Source of the DNA: a virus
Taxonomy: Duplodnaviria > Caudoviricetes
Length of the DNA: 64,000 bases
Direction: 5' to 3' (one strand)
IMG/VR virus record: IMGVR_UViG_3300021256_000077
Span: 1 to 64,000 of that record
In this document: positions 26,552 through 37,135 of the stretch, piece after piece
Position numbering within the stretch: position 1 is the first letter of the stretch
Layout: each line of letters opens with the position of its first letter
Program-made: the position numbers and the translations under genes
The notes under the pieces: generated by a model
What the model saw: only the letters and a program-made list of their open reading frames with translations
Databases searched by the model: none
Told to the model about the DNA's origin: nothing

Positions 26552-26971
26552 TCACTCCTGACCGCCGGGGAAAACGATCTCGTTCACGACATCCATCTTA
26601 CTGGCGGGCAGATCGCTTGCCTTGGCAATATCATAGATGCGCTTCAGCATGATTTCGTCAGTGATGCCTTCCATCCACTTACGGATGTTCGCAACAGTTC
26701 CCTTCAGCTTCTTGGCGATCTCTTCATCGCTCATGAATGCGGGATTGTCTTCGGTATCAACACCGTACTCTTCCAGAATCTCGGATTCCTTATCTTCATC
26801 CAGCACCACCAGATGCCCGGTAATGAAGCAGTTGCTGATGCTCTTGATGTATTCCACATCTTCCTCATCCAGCGGAATGGTGGCCTTACCCCTGATGGGG
26901 AGCACCTGTCCACTCATACGGCGAATCCAAATGTCAGCCGCAATAGTATTCTTCACTTTTACTTTGGCCAT
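26552..26971 (-). CDS. Head-associated protein following the major capsid gene
   Basis: Track ORF with GGAGG RBS; synteny. Confidence 0.6.
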   Translation of the reverse strand: MAKVKVKNTIAADIWIRRMSGQVLPIRGKATIPLDEEDVEYIKSISNCFITGHLVVLDEDKESEILEEYGVDTEDNPAFMSDEEIAKKLKGTVANIRKWMEGITDEIMLKRIYDIAKASDLPASKMDVVNEIVFPGGQE

Positions 26972-27026
26972 GCCTTATCCCTCCAAATCGATCCCCGGGG
27001 CGGATGAAACCGCCCCGGGTTCTTTA

Positions 27027-28052
27027 TTACATAGTCGTGTCGCGGATAACAGCCATGTAAGGTCTGTCTCCATACACGATGCCCACGCCGACTTCCTGGT
27101 CCATACGGATTTCCATCGTCATGTCATCGATGTTCTGAGCACTAATGGAATCCACGCCACCCACGAAGCCGACCTTCAGAGGCCGCATATCGGGAGAGAT
27201 GGCATTGGGCACGATAAACAGCACGTGATCATCAATCACGGTTTCGGTATCGGACCCGGACTTGTAGTAGTTGTTGAGCTGGATGACATCGCTGCCATTC
27301 CAACGGCCAATATAGCCGTTCTGGTTCTGCTCATAAATCAGAGCGTCAGAGAACTGCTTGGTTCCGGTAGCGGCGGTAAATCCAGTCAGTTCACCAAGCT
27401 GACCCACCATATAGATGTCGCCGATCAGGGTAGCACCGCCACCAAAACGGGACATATGCTGCTGGGCGGCCTTCAGGGGCTGCACGGCAAGGCCCATGGT
27501 CTCCTGATAGTAAGGAGAAGCAATCTGGCCATTCAGCACGTAGTTCTGCCACAGCACGTTGCCGACTTCGCCGAGGATGGCATTCTCCATCTCGCGTCCG
27601 GCAAGCTGTACCAGATGAGCCAGGTCCACAGTGCCGTTCTTCAGTTCCTTGCGGTTGACCGCAGGACGTACGGAAACGACAACGGGAGTCAGGGTCATCA
27701 TCTTGGAAGTGATGCGGCTTCTGGGCGTGGTGGCATCAGCAGCCTGCACATAGGCATGCACGCCCTGCATCTCGGTACGGAAGCGCAGAGTCTCGTTGTC
27801 ACCAACACGCTTCACGTCAGCGATCTGATTCAGGAAGTCCTAGGCGGGAGCAACAAAGTCTTCCACCACATAGTCAACATACTCGGCCAGGAGCTGACTG
27901 TTTCCGGCGGCGGCCTGAGCCATGATATCTTTGCCGATTTCATCCATACGAGCACGGACGTCGGTATCAATCCGTTCACCCCTTGCGGAAGCGGCAAGTA
28001 CTTTGACAGCCTCATCATCACGATGAATGCTGTTTACCTTATATTCAGCCAT
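27027..28052 (-). CDS. Major capsid protein, 341 aa with 1 recoded TAG
   Basis: Track ORFs 27840..28052 and 27027..27815 are in frame across TAG 27842-27840 (VAPA*DFLNQIADVKRVG). Followed by a GC hairpin at 26993-27020. Confidence 0.8.
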
Positions 28053-28076
28053 GTTCTTACACCTCTCTTCGTTTGA

Positions 28077-28499
28077 TTAACCCTTGACGAGGACGCCGTT
28101 GGCTCCAGCCTTCACCGCGTCACCGATCTTCAGGGAATCATAGACAGCCTGAGTCACGTCCATATAAATCTCATCAGTCTTCACGGGCTGATGCATACGG
28201 ACATAGTGGCCAGCGGGAACCTTCCAGCCAAACTGAGAAACCTCGTCAGGATTCTCACAGATGGTGTGGTTGAAATATACGCCAGTATCAGCTTCACCGA
28301 TCACGATGGCTCCAACCATGGGCAGACCATTCTCAACCCGCTTCTCAACAACAACCATCTTCAGGCTGGAGTTGGCGGCGGCCAGAGGCTTAACCTCGCC
28401 GTTCACGACTTCTACGAAACGGGCATTTTCCAGTTCAACGCCTGCCTTGTAATTTCCGGCATAAACGTAAGAACCATGCTGTTTTACGTAACCCCACAT
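28077..28499 (-). CDS. Capsid decoration/cement-like protein
   Basis: 140 aa beta-rich ORF between protease/scaffold and major capsid. Confidence 0.55.
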   Translation of the reverse strand: MWGYVKQHGSYVYAGNYKAGVELENARFVEVVNGEVKPLAAANSSLKMVVVEKRVENGLPMVGAIVIGEADTGVYFNHTICENPDEVSQFGWKVPAGHYVRMHQPVKTDEIYMDVTQAVYDSLKIGDAVKAGANGVLVKG

Positions 28500-28516
28500 A
28501 GGATTACCCCCTTTAC

Positions 28517-29758
28517 TTAGTCATTCCGCAGCAGACCACCAAAGGTCTTATCAACTGCGGGGATATTCATTTCTGCAAACATGGCACTGGGCTGCGCCTG
28601 TTTAACAGGAACTTCAACTTCATTCTGCATGTCAAGTTCCGCAAGCATTTCAAAGTTCGCGGAAGCAACCGCAGATTTCACGTCCTCGTTCTCAAGATCG
28701 AGTCCGTGCTTTTTGGCATAAGCTTCAGCCTTGGCTACCTTAACCAGCCGCTCATTCTCAGCCTTCTCGGCCTTGAGATCGTCCGCTTCCTTCACCGCCG
28801 CGGCAAGCTGAGATTCGAGGTTAGCGATCTTCGCATCACGCTCGGCAATCATCTGCTCGGTGCGCACCGTATAGGAATGGTACTCTTCCGTGGTGATATA
28901 GACGGGAGCGGGCTTCGCTTCTTCCACAGGAGCGAACACTTCCGCAGCAGCCTCTTCGCCTTCAGGCTTTTCCAGAATGGCAGGATTATCAATCGCGGCC
29001 ACTTCTTCGGTGGTTTCAGCCTTAGCCTCTTCCTTGCCTTCAACTTCGACTTCGACCTCGGTTTCAGGCTTCTTTTCCTCAACCACTTCGGCTTCAACGG
29101 TTGCTTCCGTCTCCGTCACTTCGGCCTCGACCAATCCTTCCATCTCTTCCTTGTTCATTGCATTCACCTCTTCCGGCTCATTGTCCTTGCCGACCTCTGC
29201 CGCCAAATCCAGCGCAACCGCCTCAGGATAAGCCGGAACCGAAACGATTGTCATTCCAGAAAGAATGTTGTCGGGATGGGCATCCACATACATCGTCTCC
29301 CCATCATACACAACGCCTTTCATGGTGTACGAAATTTCGAACGAGAAGCTGAGCTTGCCCTACTCCCACATCTCTGTGATCGCGGTGCATACCCGCTTTC
29401 GGCTCTTCGGAATCCTGGCTACTCCATACAGGCTTACGCCGAATTCATCATTGACCTTCTCGAAAGAAAAGAAACTTCCGACCTGGTCACCTCTGTACTC
29501 ACCACTCTGCTTATCATACATATGCGTGAGATGATCGTAATCGCGGGCGAGAAGCTTTGCTTTGTCCGCAAACAAGCCCTAGCATTTCAGCGCATCTCCT
29601 CTGGCAATCATGTCATCAATGAATGCTTCGGTCACGCCTTCATTATTGCGATTCGGCTTGGTGGTCATCATCCGCATCTTGATGGTAAGGAATGATTTGT
29701 TGGCGGGCTGAGTCAGCGACACATCAGAAGCCATGAGATGCAGCATTCTGACGTCCAT
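28517..29758 (-). CDS. Prohead protease with acidic scaffold C-terminus, 413 aa with 2 recoded TAG
   Basis: Track ORFs 29579..29803, 29360..29575 and 28517..29323 share one frame across TAG 29581 and 29362. Motifs PNRNNEG, LTH, FSFEI, VSVPAYPEA; Glu-rich tail. Confidence 0.8.
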
Positions 29759-29864
29759 TTCAATCAACCCTTTTGATTCCCCGCACCGCGCTAGGAGGTA
29801 CACGCTACGGGTATTTTATGTAAAAAGGGACGGCGTTTTAGTCACCGTCCCGACTTACATCAGA

Positions 29865-31493
29865 TTATGTGGCGGGACTTGATCCTTCTGGATTGCTTGG
29901 CTTGGGCAGCCGTCCCGTCTCAGATTTGTAGGGATCACTGGAGCGTTCTTCCACGGAAAGCGTTGGACGTCCGAGTGTGGTTTCTTCCTTCTCATCGGTC
30001 TCCTCTTTCCGGCTGCTCCGGTAATATGTCTTGCCGTCACGCACGTAAGTGGACTTACCTTCCGGCACTTCCTCCACGATCATGTCCTGCACAATGTCAG
30101 GCTTGATCAGCGTGGCATCCGTACCGTTGGAAGCTTCACGTTTGCGGCGGGCAATCTCCTGCTCGATGTCCAGTCCGTAAGAATCGAGCATGGTCTGCTT
30201 GCTGACAAGACCTTTCTCATACAGGGCCTTGCAGGCTTCCTGAAGTTTCTGACTGCCGTTCAGATCGACAGGCGGATACGTGAATTCCGGGATTCTGTCG
30301 TCCGACATATGGGGCAGTCCTTTCAGGTGCAGTTCGTTCAGCCTGCGGTTGATCCGGTTCATCATGGCACAGAACTTCTGCCGTGCCGACTTGATACGGA
30401 TGGCCGCAGTCTGCATGCTGACCTGTGCGGTAGCGAACGTGGATGAGTCGCTTGTATTACCACTCACCATGATCTCGCTCACGCCACCCGCCGCCAGAAT
30501 CTGGGAATTGACGGATGCGTACTTGTCATACCGGAACAGGTCTTCCAGGTCAGGCTGATAGAAGTTCGCCTCGCAGAAGGCATCCGTTACCACCAGTGCT
30601 GTCCCGGTCATGGCCTTGCGGAAACCGTTACGCACCTTGCTGAGGGTCTCTTCATTCGGCCCGATATGTCCTTCCTTGTCGCCATACTTTACATGGCAGA
30701 AGGAACGCATGCTCAGATTCAGCAGAGCGTTTTCCCAGTCCGCAATCAGCGACTTCTTCTTCAGTGCAAGCAGTGCCGACGCGATCATCGGAACCGCATA
30801 CCGCATCCAGTCTTCCTTCACATCCTGCATGGCGAAGGTATTCTTCGGATTCAGCTGAACCCAGCCAATCCCCTTCCGCTTCCGAATCTCGTCCGCCACC
30901 TCGGGCGGATATCCCTGAAGCAGAACGTTCAGGCTATCGTCGTCGATGTACCGCTTGCTGGATCGGGCCAACATCCAGTGGTTTTCCTTCACAATGGACA
31001 GGGCGTTGTACTCGATGATCGGCTCACCGTCCACGGCCACGCCAGCCACCCTCACATGATGCGGGGGAAGCGTACGGATACGTCCGTCTTCGAATACGTA
31101 CACGAACACGTTGGCGTATTTCCAGTACTGGTAAAACACCGACATGGCAAACGCTTCGAAGTTCATGTTCTCATAGAACCGCAGATACTTGTTGATGGCC
31201 TCCTCACTGCTTCCCTGGAGACGAACCTTATCCACGGTGGAGAACGGTACATAGACTTCCTTGATGATGCCGCGATAAATGCTGTCGGCATCAATGTAGT
31301 AGTCACTCAGCTTATACTACTCGTAAATATAGTGCTGCTTGTTTCGAAGAATCCGCTCATACGGAATGCCCTCAATTGTTCCGGCGTAGGTAACCTCGTC
31401 GGTAACATAGGTCATGGTCAGACCCTGTTTTGAGTCGAACGCATCATCTTCGGCAATGGCCGCACTCATGTTCTTGATTTCTTCCAAACCCAT
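29865..31493 (-). CDS. Portal protein, 542 aa with 1 recoded TAG
   Basis: ATG 31493 overlaps the terminase stop (TGATG). TAG 31319-31317 (IYE*YKLSDYY) leads into track ORF 29865..31235. Confidence 0.78.
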
Positions 31494-33202
31494 CACATCC
31501 AGTCTGAAATGTCATCCACCAGCACAACCCCGCCGTCGCTTCCGCCATTACGGAACTTGCGCACATTGTCATCCTCAAGGTCAGCAATGTAGGCCAGTGC
31601 GTAGGAAAGCGAACTGTATCGGTCTTTGTGCTGATTGCTTTTGGCCGTGCCGATAATCGAGTTGCCTGCCCCGGTGGTTTTGGAAACAATGTTGCCCATC
31701 TCGATTTGAAGCGCGTCGGCCTCACGGAAGATGGCTTCCTCCTTTTCGTCGAAGCGATGCCGGGTATCACTGTCCCCTGTCACTTCTTCGTTCACATCCA
31801 CCAGGCGGTGGTTGAGCAGTCGGCGTGAATCCACGGGAAGCTCAATCGTATGCCGCTCAAGTGCCACCGTGGTCACGTTCACGCATCGGAGGTTGAATGC
31901 GTTATTTGCATCGACCCCGCGCAGAAGCGGGATCGCGTTATGAATGGAAGACCGCTCGGTATCCATAACAAGCGGCGGGTATTCCTTCTGAGTGGCCGGG
32001 TCTGTCCACGGCTGACTCAGGAACTCTGGGAAAGAATTGCCGATGCCGTGATGGTCAAACACCACCTTGATCGTTCTCGGGAAACGCACAAGGAATTTCC
32101 GTAGCTCTTCTGAAAGCCGCGTTAGTGTGTATCCGTGGAACGTCTGGATGCAAACCACCTTCTTGATATAGGACCCGTCCTGACACTCCACAAGCTTGAT
32201 GACCGTAATCACGGAATTGTCCGCGCTTGTTGTGCCGGAAACAGCTATATCAATGCCGATCACGTAATCGGATATGCAGTTATTCGGCTGTCGGTATTCA
32301 ATGTTCTTCAGCACACGGCACTCTTCAGTTTTCTCATACGGGAAAAGAGATCCCGTTTCCGCGCCATGGAATATGGATCCGTATTCCATCTCGAACGCTT
32401 CCTGCGTCATCTTCGCACGTTCGTTCTCGAAGAATGCCATAGCCGTTATGCCTACCCGCGCCGATGAATGGTAATCCAGAGCACAGGCAAACTTGTATTC
32501 ACTACCGGGCTTGCCATCCGCAATGTCCCGCAGAGTCTGGGTGAATCGGTTATAGAACTGATTCGACTTCTTGCAGGCACTGGTAATGCTGATCTGCTTG
32601 CTCCGGTAATCCTGAAACTCATGCTGCAGAGCCTGGTCGCGGGTGGTATTCAGAACAGGGGAAGCAACGGACTGCCAGTCGCTGTCGTTAACCTCCGGTG
32701 CTTCGTCTACCACCAGAACCTTGGCACGCTGTCCACGGAATGTGGTCATGGAGAAGGACTCGATGACGCTACCGTTCTTCATGGTACAGATGCCCTTCGC
32801 CCTGGAAATACTCACCGGGTTGCGGCCACGTGACATATTGATCTCACGTAGCACATTGGGATTTCGCACGAAGATATCCGCAATCTTCTGAAGCACCAGC
32901 GTTGCCTGTTCGCCCGTGCCGGAGATCACCGCAATTCGGCTTCCAGGATACAGGACGGCCAGCGCGATACAGCAGATAGCCACAAGCCACGTCTTGCCCG
33001 CGCCACGGTTCTTAACGATGTATACCTCAACGTTGTTGCCGATGGCCCGTGCCTCGACCTGCTGGATATCCTTGAGCTTGATCTTGAAGTATTCCTCAAT
33101 AAAAACATCAAGGTGCGTCCGCCAGTACCAGACCTTCTATGCGAATGCCTTAAGGTTCCGCTATTCACGCCCCTTGATGTAGAGTTTATCTCCGGCTCTC
33201 AT
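31493..33202 (-). CDS. terL: Terminase large subunit, 569 aa with 2 recoded TAG
   Basis: Walker A RGAGKT lies upstream of the track start; Walker B VVDEA; nuclease GIDIA...KDRYSS. ATG 33202 overlaps the upstream TGA; TAGs at 33163 and 33139. Confidence 0.9.
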
Positions 33203-34074
33203 AACTGTGCGCCCACCGCTCTTTCGATATGGCGGTAATCCTGAAGGATGGCATCTATGTCATCCTTGGGGAACTGCACTCCCTTGAAATCTTCAGGGTT
33301 AAGCATGCCATGGTTTTCGATAAACTCGATTATTTCGCCAAGGGAATCCACGCCATTATCATCCTCTCTCCGTCTCGCACAAGCCGCAAAGTTTGCGTCC
33401 TTCGAGAGGCTCTGAAAAGATGCCACAGCCGCGTTGTATTCCTTGACCGTCACTTTACTCCGCAGCATGTTGGAGTACATCAGGTTCATGTACACCTTTG
33501 CCTTCACCACTTCATGGGCGTAGTCAATCAGCGACTGGTTGTACAGATCAAAGTCACGCTCGTACTCTTTGTACATATCGTTCATGGTCTGTATTTCCTC
33601 GTCGTCATAGTAGCCACCCCACTCGGTGCTGTAGGTGCGCCGCGCTTCTTTTGCCGCCTGATCCTCCGGGCTTTCCCCGGCCACAATTTCTTCATACGGC
33701 TTATCGTTGTAGGCGATGTAGCCGTAATAGGCGGGCGTATTCATCATCTTCAGCCAGGCCTGTGCTGCGGCCTGATTGAAGAGCTTTGTGCGTCTGGAAG
33801 CATTCGCCTTCAGGTACGCTTCGTCAGTGGCCACGGCATACTGGGCTTTCTTAATGCAAGCCTCCCAGTAAGCGTCCTTCCACTGTCGGTTGTTGTCGTG
33901 GCAGTACTGTTCGACGGTTTCCCGGTCAATCACGTACTTCTTGCCACACTCGGTACACCATGCGTCCCTGTATGACATGGTGACCCATTCCCGGTTCTTC
34001 GGGAAAGCATCTAGCGGAAGGACTTTACCGCAGCGAATGCATGACTTATGTGGTACTGTGTTACTCTTCGCCAC
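33199..34074 (-). CDS. Zn-finger protein, candidate terminase small subunit
   Basis: N-terminal CxxC...CxxC; translationally coupled to terL. Confidence 0.5.
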   Translation of the reverse strand: MAKSNTVPHKSCIRCGKVLPLDAFPKNREWVTMSYRDAWCTECGKKYVIDRETVEQYCHDNNRQWKDAYWEACIKKAQYAVATDEAYLKANASRRTKLFNQAAAQAWLKMMNTPAYYGYIAYNDKPYEEIVAGESPEDQAAKEARRTYSTEWGGYYDDEEIQTMNDMYKEYERDFDLYNQSLIDYAHEVVKAKVYMNLMYSNMLRSKVTVKEYNAAVASFQSLSKDANFAACARRREDDNGVDSLGEIIEFIENHGMLNPEDFKGVQFPKDDIDAILQDYRHIERAVGAQL

Positions 34075-34280
34075 AATAACTTCCTCCTTTTATGTCAGTT
34101 GTCTCCGTCGATGATAGCTTGTAATGCACGAATCAGCTCTATGCATGGGAAATCCGAACACCGCTCGCATTCCTCAAATGGTTTGATGATCATACCTGTT
34201 TCATCATGGCATTCGTCTCGCATTTCTTTCTCCTCTAATGAGTTATATAGGGTTCGGTTTACCGACATATGTTAGCACCA

Positions 34281-34333
34281 CGGACAGCCCCGGAGTCGAA
34301 CCGGGCAACCGAAAGTCACCACTACGCCGCCCG
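34281..34333 (-). ncRNA. Minimal tRNA-like element (acceptor stem + T arm, no normal D/anticodon arms)
   Basis: CGGGCGGC...CCCGG TTCGACT CCGGG GCTGTCCG with only a 20-nt linker. Confidence 0.5.
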
Positions 34334-34463
34334 ATGGCATCTGGCATATATCAGCACTGGTTTAATGGGTTGTTTATTCGCCCGTTCGGGCAAGGATGTC
34401 AGACGCATCCGACATCCTCAAGCAAAGTCCGAAGACGTTTGCCGTAATTCCAAAATATGAAGG

Positions 34464-34784
34464 TTACTGTTCATAGAAAATTTCCAGCCCATAAGCCTTT
34501 GCCGCATCATGCTCAATCCGGCATCCTCTGGCGTTCTCCCAACCTTTGCAGAAATACACCGCATGGCAAAGACTCATGTTTTCCAGAGACTTGGCAAGAA
34601 AACAGAGCGGGATCTGAACCACGCCACGTTCCTTCATCTTCTCATCCGAATACCACTCGTCCGTGAAGAGAGTATTTACAATCTCATAGCCCTTCGCTTC
34701 AAGCACTTTGATAGCACGTTCTCTGGTTTCGATAATTTCCTGTTCGGTCTTTCCAGCCATAGGCTGAGATAACATAGCTTTCAT
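34464..34784 (-). CDS. DUF4406 / nucleoside deoxyribosyltransferase-like protein
   Basis: MLSQPMAG...WENARGCRIEHDAAKAYGL pattern. Confidence 0.7.
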   Translation of the reverse strand: MKAMLSQPMAGKTEQEIIETRERAIKVLEAKGYEIVNTLFTDEWYSDEKMKERGVVQIPLCFLAKSLENMSLCHAVYFCKGWENARGCRIEHDAAKAYGLEIFYEQ

Positions 34785-34811
34785 GGATCACCACTCCTTA
34801 AAGTGTTATTT

Positions 34812-34954
34812 AATGCGGGTCAGGATTTGCACCTGACATGGTGATGATATTGACCAACACTGCTGGATTTGCACCGAGTCAGTTTGCAGATTCGAACTGC
34901 GCTTCACACCACCGCTCGCTATGTGCTGCGTCTACCTATTTCCGCCACCGCAAT
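34812..34954 (-). ncRNA. tRNA-like RNA (Leu-type D arm) with expanded anticodon arm
   Basis: TGCGG TGGCGGAAATAGGTAGACGC ... GTCAGG TGCAAAT CCTGAC CCGCA; internal stem GGTGGTG/CATCACC. Confidence 0.6.
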
Positions 34955-35060
34955 AAAGTCCAATTCACGTCACCAGCATTTTTATTACATAGATCACACC
35001 GATCGCAACGAACAACCAATAAATCATGCCGGGCTTTTTATCCATGATACAGTCTCCTAT

Positions 35061-35511
35061 TCAAGTTACATCCCGTGGCTTATATTCCGGGCAAAAGCAC
35101 GGAGTTGTATTTTGCCATTCTTTTTCGGAAAGTGCCCTCGCCGTACCTCTTCCAGAACAAAAAGCTTTCGTTTTTGCATACTTGGCATATTTGCATTTTT
35201 TACAAACAGCTTCGTTCGCATACGGAGTTGCATTCGATTTGCGTTTCAGCCACGTCTCATAGCGTCCCATGATCTATACCTCTTTAATCAAGAACCGCCA
35301 TTACAGGCTTTTCCAGTGTGACCTTTTGCCCACAATTGCAGCAATAGTTTGACATCTTTGGTGTAGGCATTCTGCAATGAGGACAGTAATATCTGCGGTT
35401 TTCAAACAGCAGTTGTTTTGCGGTGAAACGCTCTCGTATGCGTTGCCTCTGTTTTTCTGGTATGCCTGTGCTTTCCTTCGCAGCCGCACGAATATACATA
35501 TCCTCTACCAT
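35061..35511 (-). CDS. Two small Cys-rich/Zn-ribbon proteins (35061-35270, 35284-35511)
   Basis: CKKC...C...C and CPHC...CCNCGQ motifs. Confidence 0.55.
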
Positions 35512-35526
35512 TGTTCGCCATCTTCC

Positions 35527-35757
35527 TTAGCCGAAGTCAGGATAAACTACACTCCACTTATCTTCGACAATGCAATCGAAAACACGGCCAATATCAGGTG
35601 CACCCTGGATAGGATAACGAAGACCAGTATTGCTGTTGAACATGACGGTGTTGTTTTCCCATGTCCAATAGTCTCCGTCAAACGCCTCGTGGGCAATACA
35701 CTTTCCGTTCCGCATTTCCCGGTATGCTTCTGCAAATGTCATTCGCATTTCCCCCAT
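35527..35757 (-). CDS. DUF2829 / Tad2-like small protein
   Basis: MTFAEAYREMRNGKCIAH...W...IVEDKWSVV resembles the DUF2829 consensus (MxFxEAL..LK.GK.V.R..W...D..A.DW.V). Confidence 0.5.
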   Translation of the reverse strand: MGEMRMTFAEAYREMRNGKCIAHEAFDGDYWTWENNTVMFNSNTGLRYPIQGAPDIGRVFDCIVEDKWSVVYPDFG

Positions 35758-36319
35758 TTATTCCCATTCTATGGGCTGGCCACAATATGGACAGAATCTT
35801 GTTCCCATGTGCAGTCTCTGGACTCCCATGGCTCTGCTTGACACCGTGGAGCAATGCGGGCAATATGCATCACCGTACATATCCGTTTTTACCTTCTTCG
35901 GTTTCTTCAGCAATTCCAAAGCCGCTTTGGCAATGGACTGTACCTCGCTATTGCTGTGCCACTCACACCAGTTGTCATCCGTCAAGCCTTCAAGCCATCC
36001 CATTACCATTTCACGATCATTCATTGTTTGTTCCTTTCCTTTCTGCTCCCACGCCAACCGCTCCGGGCATCCGCAGCAAGCGGCTTTTTCGGTAGCTGTC
36101 ATTCTGCATCTGGCACAAGGATTATTCATACACATCATGATGTGATTCTTGAACATGATTGCTGGCCACCATCTCCTGCTGTATCCGCATGGTAGTTTTT
36201 GTGTCATAGAAAGTATCAAGCAAACCTTCTGCGCGGCACTTCGGACATTCGCACACCCATTGTCCGCACACACACTTAATGTCCCACGGCTGATGATGCC
36301 GTTCGCAATATCCTTCCAT
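35758..36319 (-). CDS. Cluster of small Cys-rich hypothetical proteins
   Basis: Track ORFs 35758..36273 and 36122..36319, with CPHC/CPYCG and CxC..CxCPKC motifs. Confidence 0.45.
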
Positions 36320-36650
36320 GCTGGCCTCCTGTAGTAGAGATGCGATGTCCTTCTAAATGCCCATGCTAACCAGGCTCATCCTGCCCGAGTCTTGACCTAT
36401 GCACGCTGACTGGACGTGCGCAGGACGCAGGTAAGATAAGCCCGTAACCTCTGGGCTGGAGTCACCCTGTTTAAATGTCCATGCTTGGTCCGCATCCAAA
36501 AGGCTCAGCGTGCATGGCTCTTACCGGAATGGAAAACCACGAATGATGCGGGCATCTCCCGTGGCGGGGTGCTACCCCTGATGCATGAAAAACGGGGCTA
36601 CTTTCGCGGTTTGCAATTGCGCCCCGTAAAAGCCCGAAGGCTTTTATCTC

Positions 36651-36836
36651 AATGCGGGTGAGGATTTGCACCTCACATGACGTACTCTCCAAAATGCCAG
36701 CACTATTTCAGCGACGATTCGTACGTCTTACGTGTAGCGTCTACTTTAGCCGTGACCTGCGCCCCTGTAATCAGGTGTACTTGGATGATAGACAACTATC
36801 CGCAGGAATGATGGCAATCTATTCCGCCACCGCATT
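36651..36836 (-). ncRNA. Second tRNA-like RNA of the same scaffold, with D-loop and anticodon-arm insertions
   Basis: Perfect AATGCGG/CCGCATT acceptor; TGGCGGAATAG[insert]GTAGACGC; GACGTAC/GTACGTC stem; GTGAGG TGCAAAT CCTCAC. Confidence 0.6.
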
Positions 36837-37058
36837 CTTGAAAAAATGGGAACAACGCCGGAACGTCGATCCTTAAAAGCCTTGCGGTTTTTGCACGATG
36901 ACACCGTCAAACTAGGACCTTCTGGATGTCAACCCGTCCGATCCTTACAACCTCGGTGATGCCTGAAGCCTGGGTCGATCTGTTTATGCTGTGGCCTGGG
37001 TCGCTGACAACGACTGTACCACTGCCGCCTCCCGAGTGTGCTGTGCGGTTTCTTAGTG

Positions 37059-37134
37059 TGTCGGTGGTGGGATTTGAACCCACAGTTTTACGGTTTTAGA
37101 GACCGCCCCGTCTCGCCAATTGCGGCACACCGAC
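37059..37134 (-). tRNA. Amber suppressor tRNA (anticodon CUA), Leu-like identity elements, short variable loop, no encoded CCA
   Basis: GTCGGTG TG CCG CAATTGGCGAGA CGG G GCGGT CTCTAAA ACCGT AAAACT GTGGG TTCAAAT CCCAC CACCGAC A; anticodon CTA at 37099-37097. Confidence 0.92.
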
Positions 37135-37135
37135 G

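Noticed and set aside
36320-36364. TAG-containing N-terminal extension (MGI*KDIASLL) of ORF 36122..36319
   Set aside because: A good GGAGG RBS precedes ATG 36319, so the extension is unsupported and was not counted.
36365-36470. Twister or pistol ribozyme
   Set aside because: Only partial resemblance; the conserved catalytic motifs could not be placed.
37059-37134. tRNA-Pyl / pyrrolysine decoding
   Set aside because: It lacks tRNA-Pyl hallmarks (6-bp anticodon stem, tiny D loop, 3-nt variable loop, G73). No pylS/BCD in the window, and the TAG contexts are hydrophobic.
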